In this document: positions 22,671 through 36,354 of the stretch, piece by piece
Layout: each line of letters starts with the position of its first letter
Position numbering within the stretch: position 1 is the first letter of the stretch
Source of the DNA: Mustelus asterias
Taxonomy: Eukaryota
Direction: 5' to 3'
NCBI RefSeq assembly: GCF_964213995.1
Contig: NC_135810.1
Span: 83,638,001-83,702,000 of the forward strand
DNA length: 64,000 nt
Translations under genes and position numbers: made by a program
Notes under the pieces: model-generated
What the model saw: the letters and a program-made list of their open reading frames with translations, nothing else
What the model was told of the DNA's origin: nothing
Database searches by the model: none

Positions 22671-23779
22671 TTAGCATCGTGCCACTCTGTACACTTGCAA
22701 TTACAGTAAAACATGCTGGTAACACAGGTCATGAAACTTTCAAGGCAGACCTGTTAGGATGCAATACATAAAAAGAACTAGAATCTTATACCTTGAACTG
22801 TTAATGTGCAGTAAAATAGTTAAGTAAATTCAGATTTATACAAGACAGCTGTGGGACTTGGACCTAATGTTTTGACAGGATTTGTTCCTTGGCCAAATTG
22901 AATTGTAGTCTTTCTGAGTTTAAGGAGAGCAGAATTAGGATTCAGAAACGTACAGATAATTGAAAAGTCACATGCTGCAATCCATGATTCAGTGGTATTG
23001 GGTTATACATGACTTTAAAAGTTGACTAGTGGCGTTGTAAAATAGTCAAGACAATAAAATTTTATTTTAAGGCAAAGAATGTTCTGAAATTGAAATCCTA
23101 GTAGCACAATTTGAAATCATCTTTGTTCAAATTCTAAGTGCTTTTAGTGAGAATGCATTTTACCTCGGATATAAATGGGTCTCCTGGAAAATGTATTAAA
23201 TGTAGCTAATGAGATGTGACCTAAATTAAACATATAAAATTCAATTTATTGAATGAGCCATATACAGTTCCTGCAAATTCTTGTGGTTTCCCAGTGTAAA
23301 CCTAAAAGGTCACATTGCATGCCTATTATAATGAATGGACTGGTTAGATTAATTGACTGAGGCATCTCAACATTGCTGCCAACAAAATGACATTTTATGT
23401 AAGGCACAGAGCATAAATTCACATCTAGTAATCAAGGGTATTCTGTACAGCTATAGATTTAAAAAAAAAATTCTGCCACAGTAACCTGCAGGGCAAGAAA
23501 GCCTGACGATAGATCTGCTTGACTAGCTTGAGCCAGTCAGTACTATTTACTAAATCATGCTATTTGCTAGTTGTAATGTGAATTCAGGGTTTCATATCAT
23601 TAACAAAAGCGAGTTCAAATGCAGGCCAAAATGAAGAATGTGTGGTAACTAAAGGAAAGATAAGGAGAATTACCTTTAGGTAGCCTCTTTCACAACCTCA
23701 GGGACCAGTTTTCTCACAGTTAGCTCCCAGAAACAGTAATGTGATGATTACCAGATGATCTATTTTTAGTGTTTGATGG

Positions 23780-25305
23780 ATAGAAACATAGAAAAACTAC
23801 AGCACAAACAGGCCCTTCGGCCCACAAGTTGTGCCGAACACATCCCTACCTTCTAGACCTACCTATAACTCTCTATCCTATTAAGCTCCATGTACTCATC
23901 CAGGAGTCTCTTAAAAGACCCTATTGAGTTCGCCTCCACCACCACTGACGGCAGCCGATTCCACTCGCCCAGCACCCTCTGTGTGAAGAACTTACCCCTA
24001 ACATCTCCCCTGTACCTATCCCCCAGCACCTTAAACCTGTGTCCTCTTGTAGCAGACATTTCCGCCCTGGGAAAAAGCCTCTGAGAGTCCACCCGATCTA
24101 TGCCTCTCAACATCTTATACACCTCTATTAGGTCTCCTCTCATCCTTCGTCTCTCCAAGGAGAAAAGACCGAGCTCCCTCAGCCTATCCTCATAAGGCAT
24201 GCCACTCAATCCAGGCAACATCCTTGTAAATCTCCTCTGCACCCTTTCAATCTTTTCCACGTCCTTCCTATAGTGAGGCGACCAGAACTGAGCACAGTGG
24301 GGTCTGACGAGGGTCTTATATAGCTGCATCATTATCCCCAGACTCCTAAACTCAATCCCTCGATTGATAAAGGCCAGCACACCATACGCCTTCTTAACCA
24401 CCTCCTCCACCTGCAGGGCCGATTTTAGAGTCCTATGGACCCGGACCCCAAGGTCCTTCTGATCCTCTACAGTACTAAGAGTCTTTCCCTTTATATTGTA
24501 CTCCTTCATCCCATTTGACCTACCAAAATGGACCACTACGCATTTATCTGGGTTGAAGTCCATCTGCCACTTGTCCGCCCAGTCTTGCATCCTATCTATG
24601 TCCCTCTGTAACTTCTGACATCCCTCCAGACTATCCACAACCCCACCAACCTTCGTGTCGTCGGCAAACTTACCAACCCATCCCTCCGCTTCCTCATCCA
24701 GGTCATTTATGAAAATGACAAACAGCAAGGGTCCCAGAACAGATCCCTGGGGCACTCCACTGGTGACCGACCTCCATTTAGAAAAAGACCCATCTATACC
24801 CACTCTCTGCCTCCTTTGGGCAAGCCAGTTCTGGATCCACCGGGCAGCAGCCCCTTGGATCCCATGCCCTCTCACTTTTTCTAGAAGCCTTGCATGGGGG
24901 ACCTTATCAAACGCCTTGCTAAAATCCATATAAACCACATCTACCGCCTTCCCTTCGTCGATGTGTTTAGTCACATTTTCAAAGAACTCCACCAGGCTCG
25001 TAAGGCACGATCTGCCCTTGACAAAGCCATACTGAGTATTCTTGAGCATACTAAGCCTCTCTAGATGTCCCTCAGGATCTTCTCCATCAGTTTACCAACC
25101 ACTGAGGTTAGACTCACCAGTCGGTAATTTCCTGGGCTGTCCCTATTCCCCTTCTTGAAAATAGGAACCACATCCGCAATCCTCCAGTCCTCCGGCACCT
25201 CTCCCGTCTCCATCGATGACGCAAAGATCATCGCCAGAGGCTCTGCAATCTCTTCCCTCACCTCCCACAGTAATCTGGGGTACATCCCATCCGGACCAGG
25301 ATAAA
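23780..25305 (-). mobile_element. Young 5'-truncated CR1 (HER1-like) LINE with a 396-aa open RT segment
   Basis: ORF 23859-25049 has all CR1 RT motifs; upstream PGPDGMYPRLL..PEDWRIADVVPIFKKG. Same subfamily as 10291-11643. Confidence 0.95.
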
Positions 25306-25926
25306 TGTTGACCAAGATACCGGGAATCGCTCCCCTGCTCTTTTATCAAAATAGTGTCTTGGGATTTTTAAGCCCACCTGAGATGATAGACAGGGCCTCA
25401 GTATAATGAAGCATCTGAAAAATGACACAGTGCAATGCCCCCTTAGTACTGAAGAATGTCTCCATTACGGAGAACAGTTTCCCTCTTATCAAAATTTGGT
25501 TTGTGAACATGCAGTCTAGGCTGCATACTTGGGAGGATTGCAGTGATCCATGATTGACGCCTTTCCCAAATAGCGTATTCAGCCTCTGACAAGTCGGGTG
25601 CAAAACGACTCAAGCATGGTTTCACAGAGTTTCACCAAACACTGTAAGCTGCCTTTGTTAGTGAGAATACTCGTGTACATGTTCGGCATAATTAACAGCA
25701 TTCCCAAATTTAAATGACCCAATCAGTAGCCACAGAGACACAAATATTTGAGAGACTCCTGGCTTTCAGAAAGGTGAATTCCTGCAGCCTAATGAGCATC
25801 TTAAATTGAATCGGAATTTCCTGTGTTGTGGCATGAAATAGCATAATGACATAAACACTCGAATGGAAAGAAACAACTCAATGTCAAAATTGACCATTGC
25901 CAATTATTATGGGATATTCTGCACAT

Positions 25927-26230
25927 GGCAGTGTGGTGGCACAGTGGTTAGCACTGCTGCCTCACAGCTCCAGCGACCTGGGTTCAATTCCGGTCTTGGT
26001 TGACAGTGTGGAGTTTACACATTCTCCTTGTGTCTGCATGGGTTTCCTCTGGGTACTCCGGTTTCCTCTAACAGTCCCAATTTAGATTAGATGGATTAGC
26101 TGTGGTAAATGAGGTTATGGGGATAAAGTGGAGAGGTGGGTCTGGTGGGATGCTCTTTCAGAGCGTCGGAGCAAACTCAGTGGGTCGAACAGCCTCTTTC
26201 TGCGCTGTAGGGATTCTATATAGTTCTATG
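25927..26230 (+). mobile_element. Older HE1-family SINE
   Basis: tggcacagtggttagcactgctgcctcacagc..gggttcaattcc.. tail gggattctat. Confidence 0.8.
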
Positions 26231-26438
26231 TAGTTTCTGTTGACATCTGATCTTGATCAAAGAATTTTGAAGGTATTGTTATGAGCTTATTTAACTTCTG
26301 GAATTGAATTGATTACGCCTAATAACCTGTGTAATGGTAATTAGCTAGCGTTTGGTGATTCTTCACCTTTCCCCATGGAATGGGTATATGTGAATATGAG
26401 TTGTTTTAAATGGCCTTATTTTGTTTTAAATTTTCCAG

Positions 26439-26455
26439 AACAGCAGGACTGGGAG
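26439..26455 (+). CDS. Possible 17-nt micro-exon (phase 1-0, -QQDWE)
   Basis: Strong acceptor tattttgttttaaattttccag|A, donor GAG|gtgtgt. Restores phase 0 before the 37609 exon. Confidence 0.3.
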
Positions 26456-27896
26456 GTGTGTGTTTTTCTAAAAGGGGTTTCTGAACTACCATCCCGATGA
26501 AAGGTAGTTTGGTTTTCCAGTGACATCATCATGGCTGCAACAGCCCTCTTGGTTTGAAGGAGGCTTTCGTTGTCAATGTCCTTGATTTGCCTCTTCCCAT
26601 AGAATCTGGGCCAATAATTCTCGAGGCATAATTTTGCGGTCAACAAGATCAAACCAAATCTTGGTGCTTCTTGTAAAAGCCTGATCTAGACCATATTCTC
26701 TTCATAAATTCTGTATCCCTTGAGGGGCGCATTAGGCCAACAGAGAAAAACATTTGATTCTTGTGAGTCTGCTTTGTAGTGCTCAGAAGCTTTCACTTGT
26801 CAACAGGCAGCTTAGCTCAGAAAATGCTCCCTATTTATCTCCTTGGGCTGCAGTCTCTATCACAAAGACTTGATGCAAGCCAAGTTTAAAATGTTGGCTT
26901 ACCTTTTCTCGAGCATAAAAGTAAGCAATGCAGACCAATAAGCAGCAGTTTCATTTTGAAGTTTTGTTTTTAGATTAATGATCACTGGATGTTGCAATTC
27001 AAGCTTCCTCCAACATCTCTTTTCTCATGTAAATTATTTGACGACAGTTTTCATTAGATGGTGTCTACTATGAATTGAAGCCTGCATCTCTCATTCTTTG
27101 CTGTACTGAGTTATCATAGCCTTTGTTCAGTATTTTACCCCTGTTAAATTATTCACTGGAGAACATGAGGGATGTACACTGCATTTGGAGCAGAAAATAT
27201 TCATAACACGAGTCCACTTTGTACACTTTGCATTGTTGAGATTTGTGTTCAAATAAAAACAATTCACAAAAAATACGTAGCGCGATACTATCCAATCGAA
27301 TCATTAATTCACACTGCATTTAACTACTGACTTTCTAAAAGAGTCTCTGGTGTGCCTGACGTTTTGGGAAATTCTTGGCAATGCACTATCCTTGTTGGTA
27401 AAGACCTAACTGTTGATCGCAGAGTTCTATAGCTCCAACCTTTACAATATGATTAACATAATCTGAAAAGTATTCGAATATCTGTATTCCAAACATATCT
27501 TTCCTCTTTGATGTTCTAGCAATTTTGTAACATCATACAGCCCACAAGGAAGGACATTCATCCCGTTTTGTCAGTGCTGGCTCTTTGAAGGAGTTTTCCA
27601 ATTAAGCCCATTCACCTGGTTTTCCCTCATAGCTGTGCAATCTCCTCAAGGATATATCCACTTCCCATTTGAAAGCTACTATTATATTCGTTTCCACCAT
27701 TTTTTTGAGGTAGTGCATTCCAGATCACCATAATGCATTGAATTTCTTTGAAGAACATTGTGAAAGAAGACTTCTCACCTTATCAAGTAATGAGATAAGG
27801 AAATTAGCACTGAAAGGCACAGCAACAATGTTCCTCAACACTGAAATTGGATTTAAATTACTCCTTTCCTATCAAAGATAGCTTTTAACTTGACTA

Positions 27897-29715
27897 ATTT
27901 TGATTTGATTTGATTTATTATTGCAACATGTATTAACATACAGTGAAAAATATTGCTTCTTGCGCGCTACACAGACAAAACATACCGTTCACAGAGAAGG
28001 AAATGAGAGAGTGCAGAATGTAGTGTTAAAGTCATAGCTAGGGTGTCGAGAAAGATCAACTTAATGCAAGGTAAGTCCATTCAAAAGTCTGATGGCAGCA
28101 GCAGGGAAGAAGCTGTTCTTGAGTCGGTTGGTACGTGACCTCAGACTTTTGTATCTTTTTCCTGACGGAAGAAGGCGGAAGAGAGAATGTCCGGGGTGCG
28201 TGGGGTCCTTAATTATGCTGGCTGCTTTGCTGAGGCAGTGGGAAGTGTAGACAGAGTCAATTGATGGGAGGCTGGTTTGCGTGATGAATTGGGCTACATT
28301 CACGACCTTTTGTAGTTCCTTGCGGTCTTGGGCAGAGCAGGAACCATACCACGCAGTGATACAACCAGAAAGAATGTTTTCTATGGTGCATCTGTAAAGG
28401 TTGGTGAGAATCATAGCTGACATGCCAAATTTCCTTAGTCTTCTGAGAAAGTAGAGGCGTTGGTGGGCTTTCTTAACTATGGTGTTGGCATGGGGGGACC
28501 AGGACAGGTTGTTGGTGATCTGGACACCTAAAAACTTGAAGCTCTTGACCCTTTCTACTTCATGCCCGTTGATGTAGACAGGGGCATATTCTCCTCTATG
28601 CTTTCTGAAGTCGATGACAATCTCCTTCGTTTTGTTGACATTGAAGGAGAGATTATATTTGCTGCACCAGTTCACCAGATTCTCTATCTCATTCCTGTAC
28701 TCTCTCATCATTGTTTGAGATCCGACCCACTCCAGTGGTGTCGTCAGCAAACTTGAAAATCGAGTTGGAGGGCAATTTGGCCGCACAGTCATAGGTGTAT
28801 AAGGAGTATAGTAGGGAGCTGAGAACACAGCCTTGTGGGCACCAGTGTTGAGGATGATCATGAAGGAGGTGTTGTTGTCTATCCTTACGATTGTGGTCTG
28901 TGAGTTAGGAAGTTCAGGATCCAGTCGCAGAGGGAGGAGCCGAGGCCCAGGTCACGGAGTTTGGAGATGAGTTTCGTGGGAATAATAGTATTGAAGGCTG
29001 AGCTGTAGTCAATAAATAGGAGTCTGACATAGGTGTCCTTGTTATCTAGATGTTCCAGGGTTGAGTGCAGGGCCAGGGAGATGGTGTCTGCTGTGGACCT
29101 GTTGTGGAGGTAGGCAAACTGTAGTGGATCCAAGTAGTCTGGGAGGCTGGAATTGATTCGTGCCATGACTAGCCTTTCGAAGCACTTCATAATGATGGAT
29201 GTCAGATCGACCAGCCAATAGTCATTAAGGCACGCTGCTTGGTTTTTCTTGGATACCGAGATGATGGTCGTCTACTTGAAGCAGATAGGGGTTTCAGATT
29301 GTTGTAAAGAGAGGTTGAAGATGTCTGTGAATACCCCTGCCAGCTGAACCGCGCAGGATCTGAGTGCTCGTCCGGGTACCCCATTCGGGCCAGTCGCTTT
29401 CCCTGGGTTGACCTTCGAAAAGGCTGTTCTGGCATCTGTAATGGTGACCCAGATACAGGTTCTTCCAGGGTGGAGGGCATGCTCTCGCTGACCTCTTGCT
29501 CAAAACGGACATAGAATGCATTGAGCTCATCAGGGAGGGGTGCGTTGGAACTGGTGATTTTACATGCCTTCATCTTGTAGCCTGTTATGTCTTGCAGACC
29601 TTGCCATAGTTGGCAGGGGTTGGTGTGGCTAGCCTGGGACTCTAGCTTGGTCCAGTACTGTCTTTTGGCATCTTTGATGGATGATCTTAGATCATATCTG
29701 GCTTCTGACTTGACC
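27897..29715 (-). mobile_element. Rex1/Babar LINE, 5'-truncated
   Basis: [42 protein letters not shown] and KKAHQRLYFLRRLRKFGM..ITAWYG; (ATCAA)n tail at 27897-27915. Confidence 0.92.
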
Positions 29716-30119
29716 ACATCTGTAGACTATAATACAGGCCAACCATCTCCAAGCAACCATTTAATTTCCAGGACAGTCCCTCATTTCAGAACTTGGCCAC
29801 AGGTCTTTTAAAATACAAATGAAATACATAAATGTGTCCAACAGGCCAAGAGTTCTATTTTTGTCACAGTTGAAATCATCCCGTCAGCAATGTGTTATTT
29901 TAAAATAAAGGTTTGAGCTTGCAGACTATGATGATTCATTATATAGAGTTTTGAACTCGAAATCCCATCTAATTCGACATTTTAATTCAGTCTTTTCAAG
30001 ACATTGTGTTGTTATCTTGTCAGGGTTATTTTTACTTGATTGAATTTGCTACTGAAATATGTGCCTGTCTACAAATCCGAGAGCACCATTTTTAACTTGA
30101 TCTCACTGAAGTGTAGGAA

Positions 30120-30545
30120 GATTCAGGGGGGATACATTTTTTATGGCTCCAAATTGGGTAGCTCTCTCCCACCAACAAGCATGTGAAATAAGGCGTGATG
30201 ACGTTGGGTCAGCAATATGAGGTCATCACACCAGTCTCCAATATTATAGAAGGGGGAGGGGCATTCCCAGGGGCGTGGGAGGCATACCATGGAGGCTCAG
30301 TGTGGATCTGTATAATAGTTACCCAGAAGTTGGAAGTGGTTTCAATTCTTCAAACCTTTTCTAGATAATTATTGATGCAACAGAGTCGGAGACTGCAATT
30401 TAAGTTGCCTTTTCGGAGGGTTCCCAGTGTAGGGAAATTGTCCCTCGGAAGTTTGCACTTTCCGGGCAATTGCCGTGCAAACCTTACCTGGGAACTTCCT
30501 GCACATCTTCGGGCTACCCCGCAGTTACACTGCCCTGCAGCTCTG
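30120..30545. mobile_element. Unclassified non-autonomous element related to 13700-14560
   Basis: agttacccagaagttggaagtg..gcaatttaagttgcctttt..aattgtccctcggaagtttgcactt resembles 14358-14520. Confidence 0.45.
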
Positions 30546-30559
30546 AAGTTACAGCACAT

Positions 30560-30628
30560 TGACTCTGTTTCTCTCCACAGATGCTGCCTGACCTGCTGAG
30601 TATTTCCAGCATTTTGTGTTTTTATTTA
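30560..30628 (+). mobile_element. Penelope-like terminal fragment
   Basis: ctctgtttctctccacagatgctgcctgacctgctgagtatttccagcatttt. Confidence 0.6.
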
Positions 30629-30699
30629 ACATTAACCTACATTCTGCTAAAGCATTGAAAGTGTCATTAGAAGTTCAGTGCTTTAAAAAGTCTTGTTGC

Positions 30700-31012
30700 T
30701 ATGGACAATCCAGAACAAGAGGTCATCAATAGAGATAGAGAGTGAGAGGAGGTAGGTTCAAAATTGAAATGCGGAGAAACTACTACTCCGATGGTTGTGA
30801 ATCTGTGGAACTCACCGCCCTAGACTACAGTGGAGGCAGAATCAATGAACAGATTCAAGAAAGAAATAGATATATTTCTGATAAAGGGCTATGGGAGCAG
30901 CAGAAAAGGAGTTGAAACCAGGGTGAGATCATGATCATATTAAAAGACAGGGTGGAGCGGGCTCAATGGGCTGAATTGTCGATTCCTGCTCCTAATTTCT
31001 ATGTTCCATGTT
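30700..31012 (+). mobile_element. CR1 3' fragment
   Basis: agaacaagaggtcatc..gtgaatctgtggaactc..tail ttctatgttccatgtt. Confidence 0.75.
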
Positions 31013-31049
31013 CAAAGTTCATTGATTTCACAATGTTATAATGTAGATG

Positions 31050-31250
31050 TCAGTTAGCTCAGTTGGCTGGACTTGGGATGCAGAGCGTCGCTCTGCATCA
31101 TGGGTTCAATTCCCGTACTGGCTGAGGTTATTCATGAAGGCCTGCCCACTCAACCTTGTCCCTCGCCTGAGGTGTGGTGATCCTCAGGTTACTCCCCAAT
31201 GAAGGGGAGAGCAGCCTATGGTCATCTGGGACTATGGCAACTTTACCATT
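31050..31250 (+). mobile_element. tRNA-derived SINE (non-HE1 family)
   Basis: A-box tagctcagttgg, B-box ggttcaattcc, tail gagcagcctatggtcatctgggactatggcaactttacc. Confidence 0.7.
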
Positions 31251-32267
31251 TATGTAGAAGTTGCAGTACAGAAACACACTATTTGGCCCATTTGGTTTAT
31301 GCTGCTGATTGTACGTCAAAAAGCCTTCTTTCACCTTATTGACTTCCCTCTATCAACACAACATTTTATTCCTTTTTCTTCAAATTAGGTATAGCTTTCC
31401 CTTAAATGTATCTATTGGTATTACAGGTGAATGCACTAAGCCCAAGCCTGCCAGGAGCAAAAATCAAAGGGTGATAAAATGCTGGACTCAGATATAAAAT
31501 ATGAGAACATATTCTAGGAACTGGTTTAAGCAGAGATTAGGAATTTATCAGCTACCTGTTCTCAACCAGAGAATAGTATATGGTGTGATGGCTCTCGAGA
31601 TGCGAAAGAAAATACATTTTAAAATAGAACAAAAATGTAATTTTTGCGCCCAAAAGCCAAAGGAAAGGTGATTTTTTTTAAAAAGTTGCAACAAGGGTAC
31701 AATTTGGACATTGATTGCTAAGGATTACTTTACTATCCAATTTTCTATTATAGGAAAAGAAACATTTTCAACAAATTATCTGACAGGACCATTCTGTTAC
31801 CCCAGAGGATATTTTAGATTTTCTAAATCAAAATCCGGTAAAAGCAGTTAAATTCATTCTTTTCATACTTGACTAATCCTTTACATCAAGTATCCCTTGG
31901 CACTTAAAGAAAATCAGCAAAGTCATGCAGCCTATGGAGCAGATAACTTAGTTTCTCAGCTGCTGATGTCACACTACATTACCTGTAGGATTATAGTGTC
32001 TGTAGATCTCAACAGTGACAAATGAGCTGAGCTGGGAGCTCTTCTGCCAGAAGACTTGATTTAAGTTTCTTGTTGCAAGTACAGGGGTCTGGAGAAAATG
32101 TTTTCACGCAGGCAGATAGTTCGTTAAATTCTACCATATAATTCTGTCATGGCAATATGATTGTATATTAAAACCTAAATTGTTTCACAGTGTGTGAAAC
32201 AATTTAGGTTTTAAAACTCTGCTGAGACCAATTAGTCAAGAGTATGACCTGCATTTTGGGGTAGTAA

Positions 32268-33220
32268 TAAGACCATAAAACATTGGAGCAGAATTAAGCC
32301 ACTCGGCCCATCAAGTTTGTTCCGCCATTCAATTATGGCTGATATTTTTCTCATCCCCATTCTCCTGCCTTTTCCCCATAACCCCTGATCCCTTTATTAA
32401 TCAAGAATCTATCTATCTCTGTCTTAAAGACACTCAATGACTTGATCTCCACAGCCTTCTGCAGCAAAGAGTTCCAGAGATTCACCACCCTCTAGCTGAA
32501 GAAATTCCTCCTCATTTCTGTTTTAAAGGGTCGTCCCTTTAGCATGAGGTTGTGCCTCTGGTTCTAGTTTTTCCTACTGGTGGAAACACCCTCTCCACGT
32601 CCACTCTATCCAGGCCTCGCAGTATCCTGTAAGTTTTAATAAGATCCTCCCTCATCCTTCTAAACTCCAACAAGTACAGACCCAGAGTCCTCAACTGTCC
32701 CTCATACGACAAGCTCTTCATTCCAGGGATCATTCTTGTGAACCCCCTCTGGACCCTTTTCAAGGCCAGCACCATCCTTCCTTAGATATGGACCCAAAAC
32801 TGCTCACAGTACTCCAAATGAGGTCTGACCAGAGCCTTATACAGCCTCAGAATACATTCCTGCTCTTGTATTCTCGCCCTCTCAACATGAATGCTAACAT
32901 TACATTTGCGTTCCTAACTGCCGACTGAACCTGCACGTTAACCTTAAGAGAATCTTGAACAAGGACTCCCAAATCCCTTTGTGCTTCTGATTTCCTAAGC
33001 ATTTCGAAAATAGTCTATGCCTCCATTCCTCCTTCCAAAGTGCATAACCTCACACTTTTCCACATTGTATTCCATCTGCCACTTCTTTGCCCACTCTCCT
33101 AACCTGTCCAAGCCCTTCTGCAGTCCCCCTGCTTCCTCAATACTACCTGTCCCTCTACATATCTTTGTATCATCTGAAAACTTAGCAACAGTGCCTTCAG
33201 TTCCTTCTTCCAAATCGTTA
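32268..33220 (-). mobile_element. CR1 LINE 3' half
   Basis: KFSDDTKIC..KWQMEYNVEKCEVMHFG and RVQRGFTRMIPGMKSLSYE. Confidence 0.9.
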
Positions 33221-33261
33221 ATGCCACCAAAACTATTAGCATTGACATTAGCATTAATATT

Positions 33262-33530
33262 AGCATTAGGACTGCTGCCTCACAGCGCCAGGGACCCAGG
33301 TTCAGTTCTGGCCTGGGTGACTATGGAGTTTGCATGTTCTCTCCGTATCTTCGTGGGTTTCCTCCCACACTCCAAAGATGTGCGGGTTAGGTTGATTGGC
33401 CATGCTGAATTGCCCCTTAGTGTCAGGCGGATTATGTGGGGTTACAGTGGTCGGGCTTGGGTGGGATTGTTTTCGGTGCAGGCTTGAAGAGTTGAATGGC
33501 CTCCTTCTGCACTATAGGGATTCTATGATT
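33262..33530 (+). mobile_element. HE1 SINE
   Basis: actgctgcctcacagcgccagggaccc..tccaaagatgtgcgggttagg..gggattctatgatt. Confidence 0.85.
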
Positions 33531-36354
33531 CACTATCACTACTTTATTGAGCTGAAAGGAACATTTGAAGTCTGTGCACACAGTTAAACATGGAGATAGA
33601 GAAGTTGCAGAAGTTCTGTACTGATGAGATTATTCCCTTCTTAGATCTTATGTAAAAGCCCGTGAAAAAATTGCATTTTGTTGAATGAAGTGTAACTGTG
33701 TTTGTAAGGGGCACTAGCAGTTCACAATTATTGCCGATAACCCTCACTGGCCTTGAGAAGCTATTTTTATATTTGTGGAATGTTAGATTTCTGCATTATG
33801 ATTTTAAAAATCCACATTTGACATTTTTTATGATATTTCAGTTTCTGTGTTTGTCTTGTGAACGTCCCAATCATTTATTTGCCTCTGTAAAAAATTAATT
33901 AGAAGTGATGCATTTTACATTTTACTTCCTGGTTTGCTCTCTGTGAGAATACTTCAACATGATTGGCTCTGTATCCAGATTGATGGCATCACTGTTGCTA
34001 GAAGCCGGGAGATCCCCTTGATTTGACTATGGATTCTAACTAATACCTGAAAGGTGGAATCCACACCAAAAAAATCACTACATCTTTGTGGGTGGCAATC
34101 TTTGAAGTCAACAGTGAATGATGTTGCTTTGGCATTGACTGCAAAATCTGGGCCAGTTATTCATCTCTGATATGTAACAATTTGCATATAACTGAGTGTG
34201 GCTGTGGCAACTATTTTAATTGGTAACCAGGTTATCCTAGCAGTTATCACTTGTACATTTTAAAATAAATATCAATGTCTTGATCATTTTCGCTGGATGA
34301 TTCTCTGTATCACTAATCACTGTCATGTATGCTATATGAAGTTTGCTGCAGAAGTATCTTAATACTTTGGTTTACACAAGCATTACAAAGTTCACACAAC
34401 CACTAAAAGGAAACCCATATCACCTACTCTGACTCTCAAATTAGTACGAACTACAGCAGATAAAGGGTGGAGGACAAATGGAGGCCCATTTCCAAATATC
34501 CGATGTGTATTAGTCCTAAAAGTACTTCGAGCTGAAGACCACTGATATCATCTGGCTTAGTTCTAAACCCAGTGTGTCAAGTTGTGTGATTCCTAGGATC
34601 CCGCCTATAGCAGGATTTTTAAACTTTTGATTTAAAAACAATCTCCCATCGAGCTGAGTGAGCTCTATTTCCACCGTATTAAAAGAATTGCTGGATTCAA
34701 GTGAAAGTGGCTTCTGTGGAAAAGTCATTCTGGAGCACATCAGTGGTGATGTTTCTACGATCTCCATGGCAGTTCTTTGTACTCCCACTCCTAAGCTCCC
34801 TTTGCTTCTTGTGCACTTGCCACCCTACTTCATTTGTGTCAGATGTAGAGAATGTTTTTGTGTATTTCATATTATAAGTTGAAGAGTCTCATGTAAAAGC
34901 TATTATTCATCATCCAGAAAAATACTACATTTTCCACATTGCATATGCTGCTCCAGCCTTGTCATCTTCTGTAACCAAGCAAATGGGGATTTCGAAGGTA
35001 CAATCCAGAAGCAATCATTTGAATGAGACAGCTATTAAGTAGTCTATCTAATGGTATTATATCATTGTAAAGATGAGAATTCAATGGACATTTAATTGTG
35101 TGAAGCCATGTATTAAAGATTGCACTAATGATATAGATCATCAGGCTGGGTCAGGTCATAGCATGTCAATTCTGGTACTGGGTGCAAGAAGTAACATCAA
35201 TTTGTATCAAGAACTTTTACAATAAACAATGTGAAGCAAGTACATAGTGCCCTCCAGAAACAGGAGGTAGCCATCCTCATAAACTACAAAGACCATTTGG
35301 CTCGACCCCAGTACATTAGCAACCTTTCTTCCCAAGGACAACCCCACAATGGAATGAGCTGCCAAAGGAAATCGTCACAGCCCCATCACTTGGAATTTTT
35401 AAGACCCATCTTTAGATTATTTTCATAAGTTTTCATTACCAGGTTATCATTTCAGCAGGCCATGCCTGGTTTAGCAAGCACTAGCTATAAAATGTTGGTT
35501 GATTATAGATATTAGTCCATGATGCCGACACAATTTAAGCAAAGTCAGATGCACGGAAAGGTTTGTTTTAATCTATTTGTAAATTAAGTAGCTGCTAACC
35601 AATCAGTCCGAGTTACAAAGCTGACAGACACCACATTGGAGAATCAAGGAGGTCATTATGTGCAAACTATCCTGCATTTCATGCATAAATCATAACCCGT
35701 TCTGAACTTTTGAAATTAACTCAATCACACAAGCCCACCTGGATTACTAGAATGGGCTGTGGTAGACCATTCAGCATCTGAAAGAGAATGAAAGGTTGAA
35801 ATGTTCTCTTTCATCAAAAATGGACTTCAAAATGTTTCACATTCAGACACTGAACAATCAGCAATTCATTTTTGGCATTTTCTGGTTTTTACCATGTGTC
35901 CAGTCAGTGTTTTTTTTTTGTTTTGCTCAACATCTACCAGGCTGATAGCTAATGAGGATAACAGACAGATGAAACGTCATTCTTTTTCTTTAATTGTAAT
36001 TTCTCCAACATTTATTGAGTACCTTCTGGAAAAAAGAGGATGGAATATTTTTTGTCTAATCCACCTCTATGGGCCCCAAGAAATTCTTCGATCAGATTTT
36101 AAAAATATCAGGTGGTTTTGGTTTGAAGAATCTAGAGGCGTTTATTGGAAATAATTGTATTGCAAATAATCTCACGTTCTTCATATTTTAAATAACCACT
36201 GAAATTCAAAATTGCATGGTACCTTGAATTGTTAGGGAAGAAAATATGCATACTGTGAGATTTAAAGTAGTGCTGCTACTGTAATGTTTGCAATACAGAA
36301 CTTACTGCACAATTTATCTTTCAGTTTAATTATAACTTGTACCACCTAAAAACC

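Noticed and set aside
23859-25049. 396-aa reverse transcriptase ORF as a retron, DGR or domesticated gene
   Set aside because: Ordinary 5'-truncated CR1 ORF2 with its 3' tail and internal deletions.
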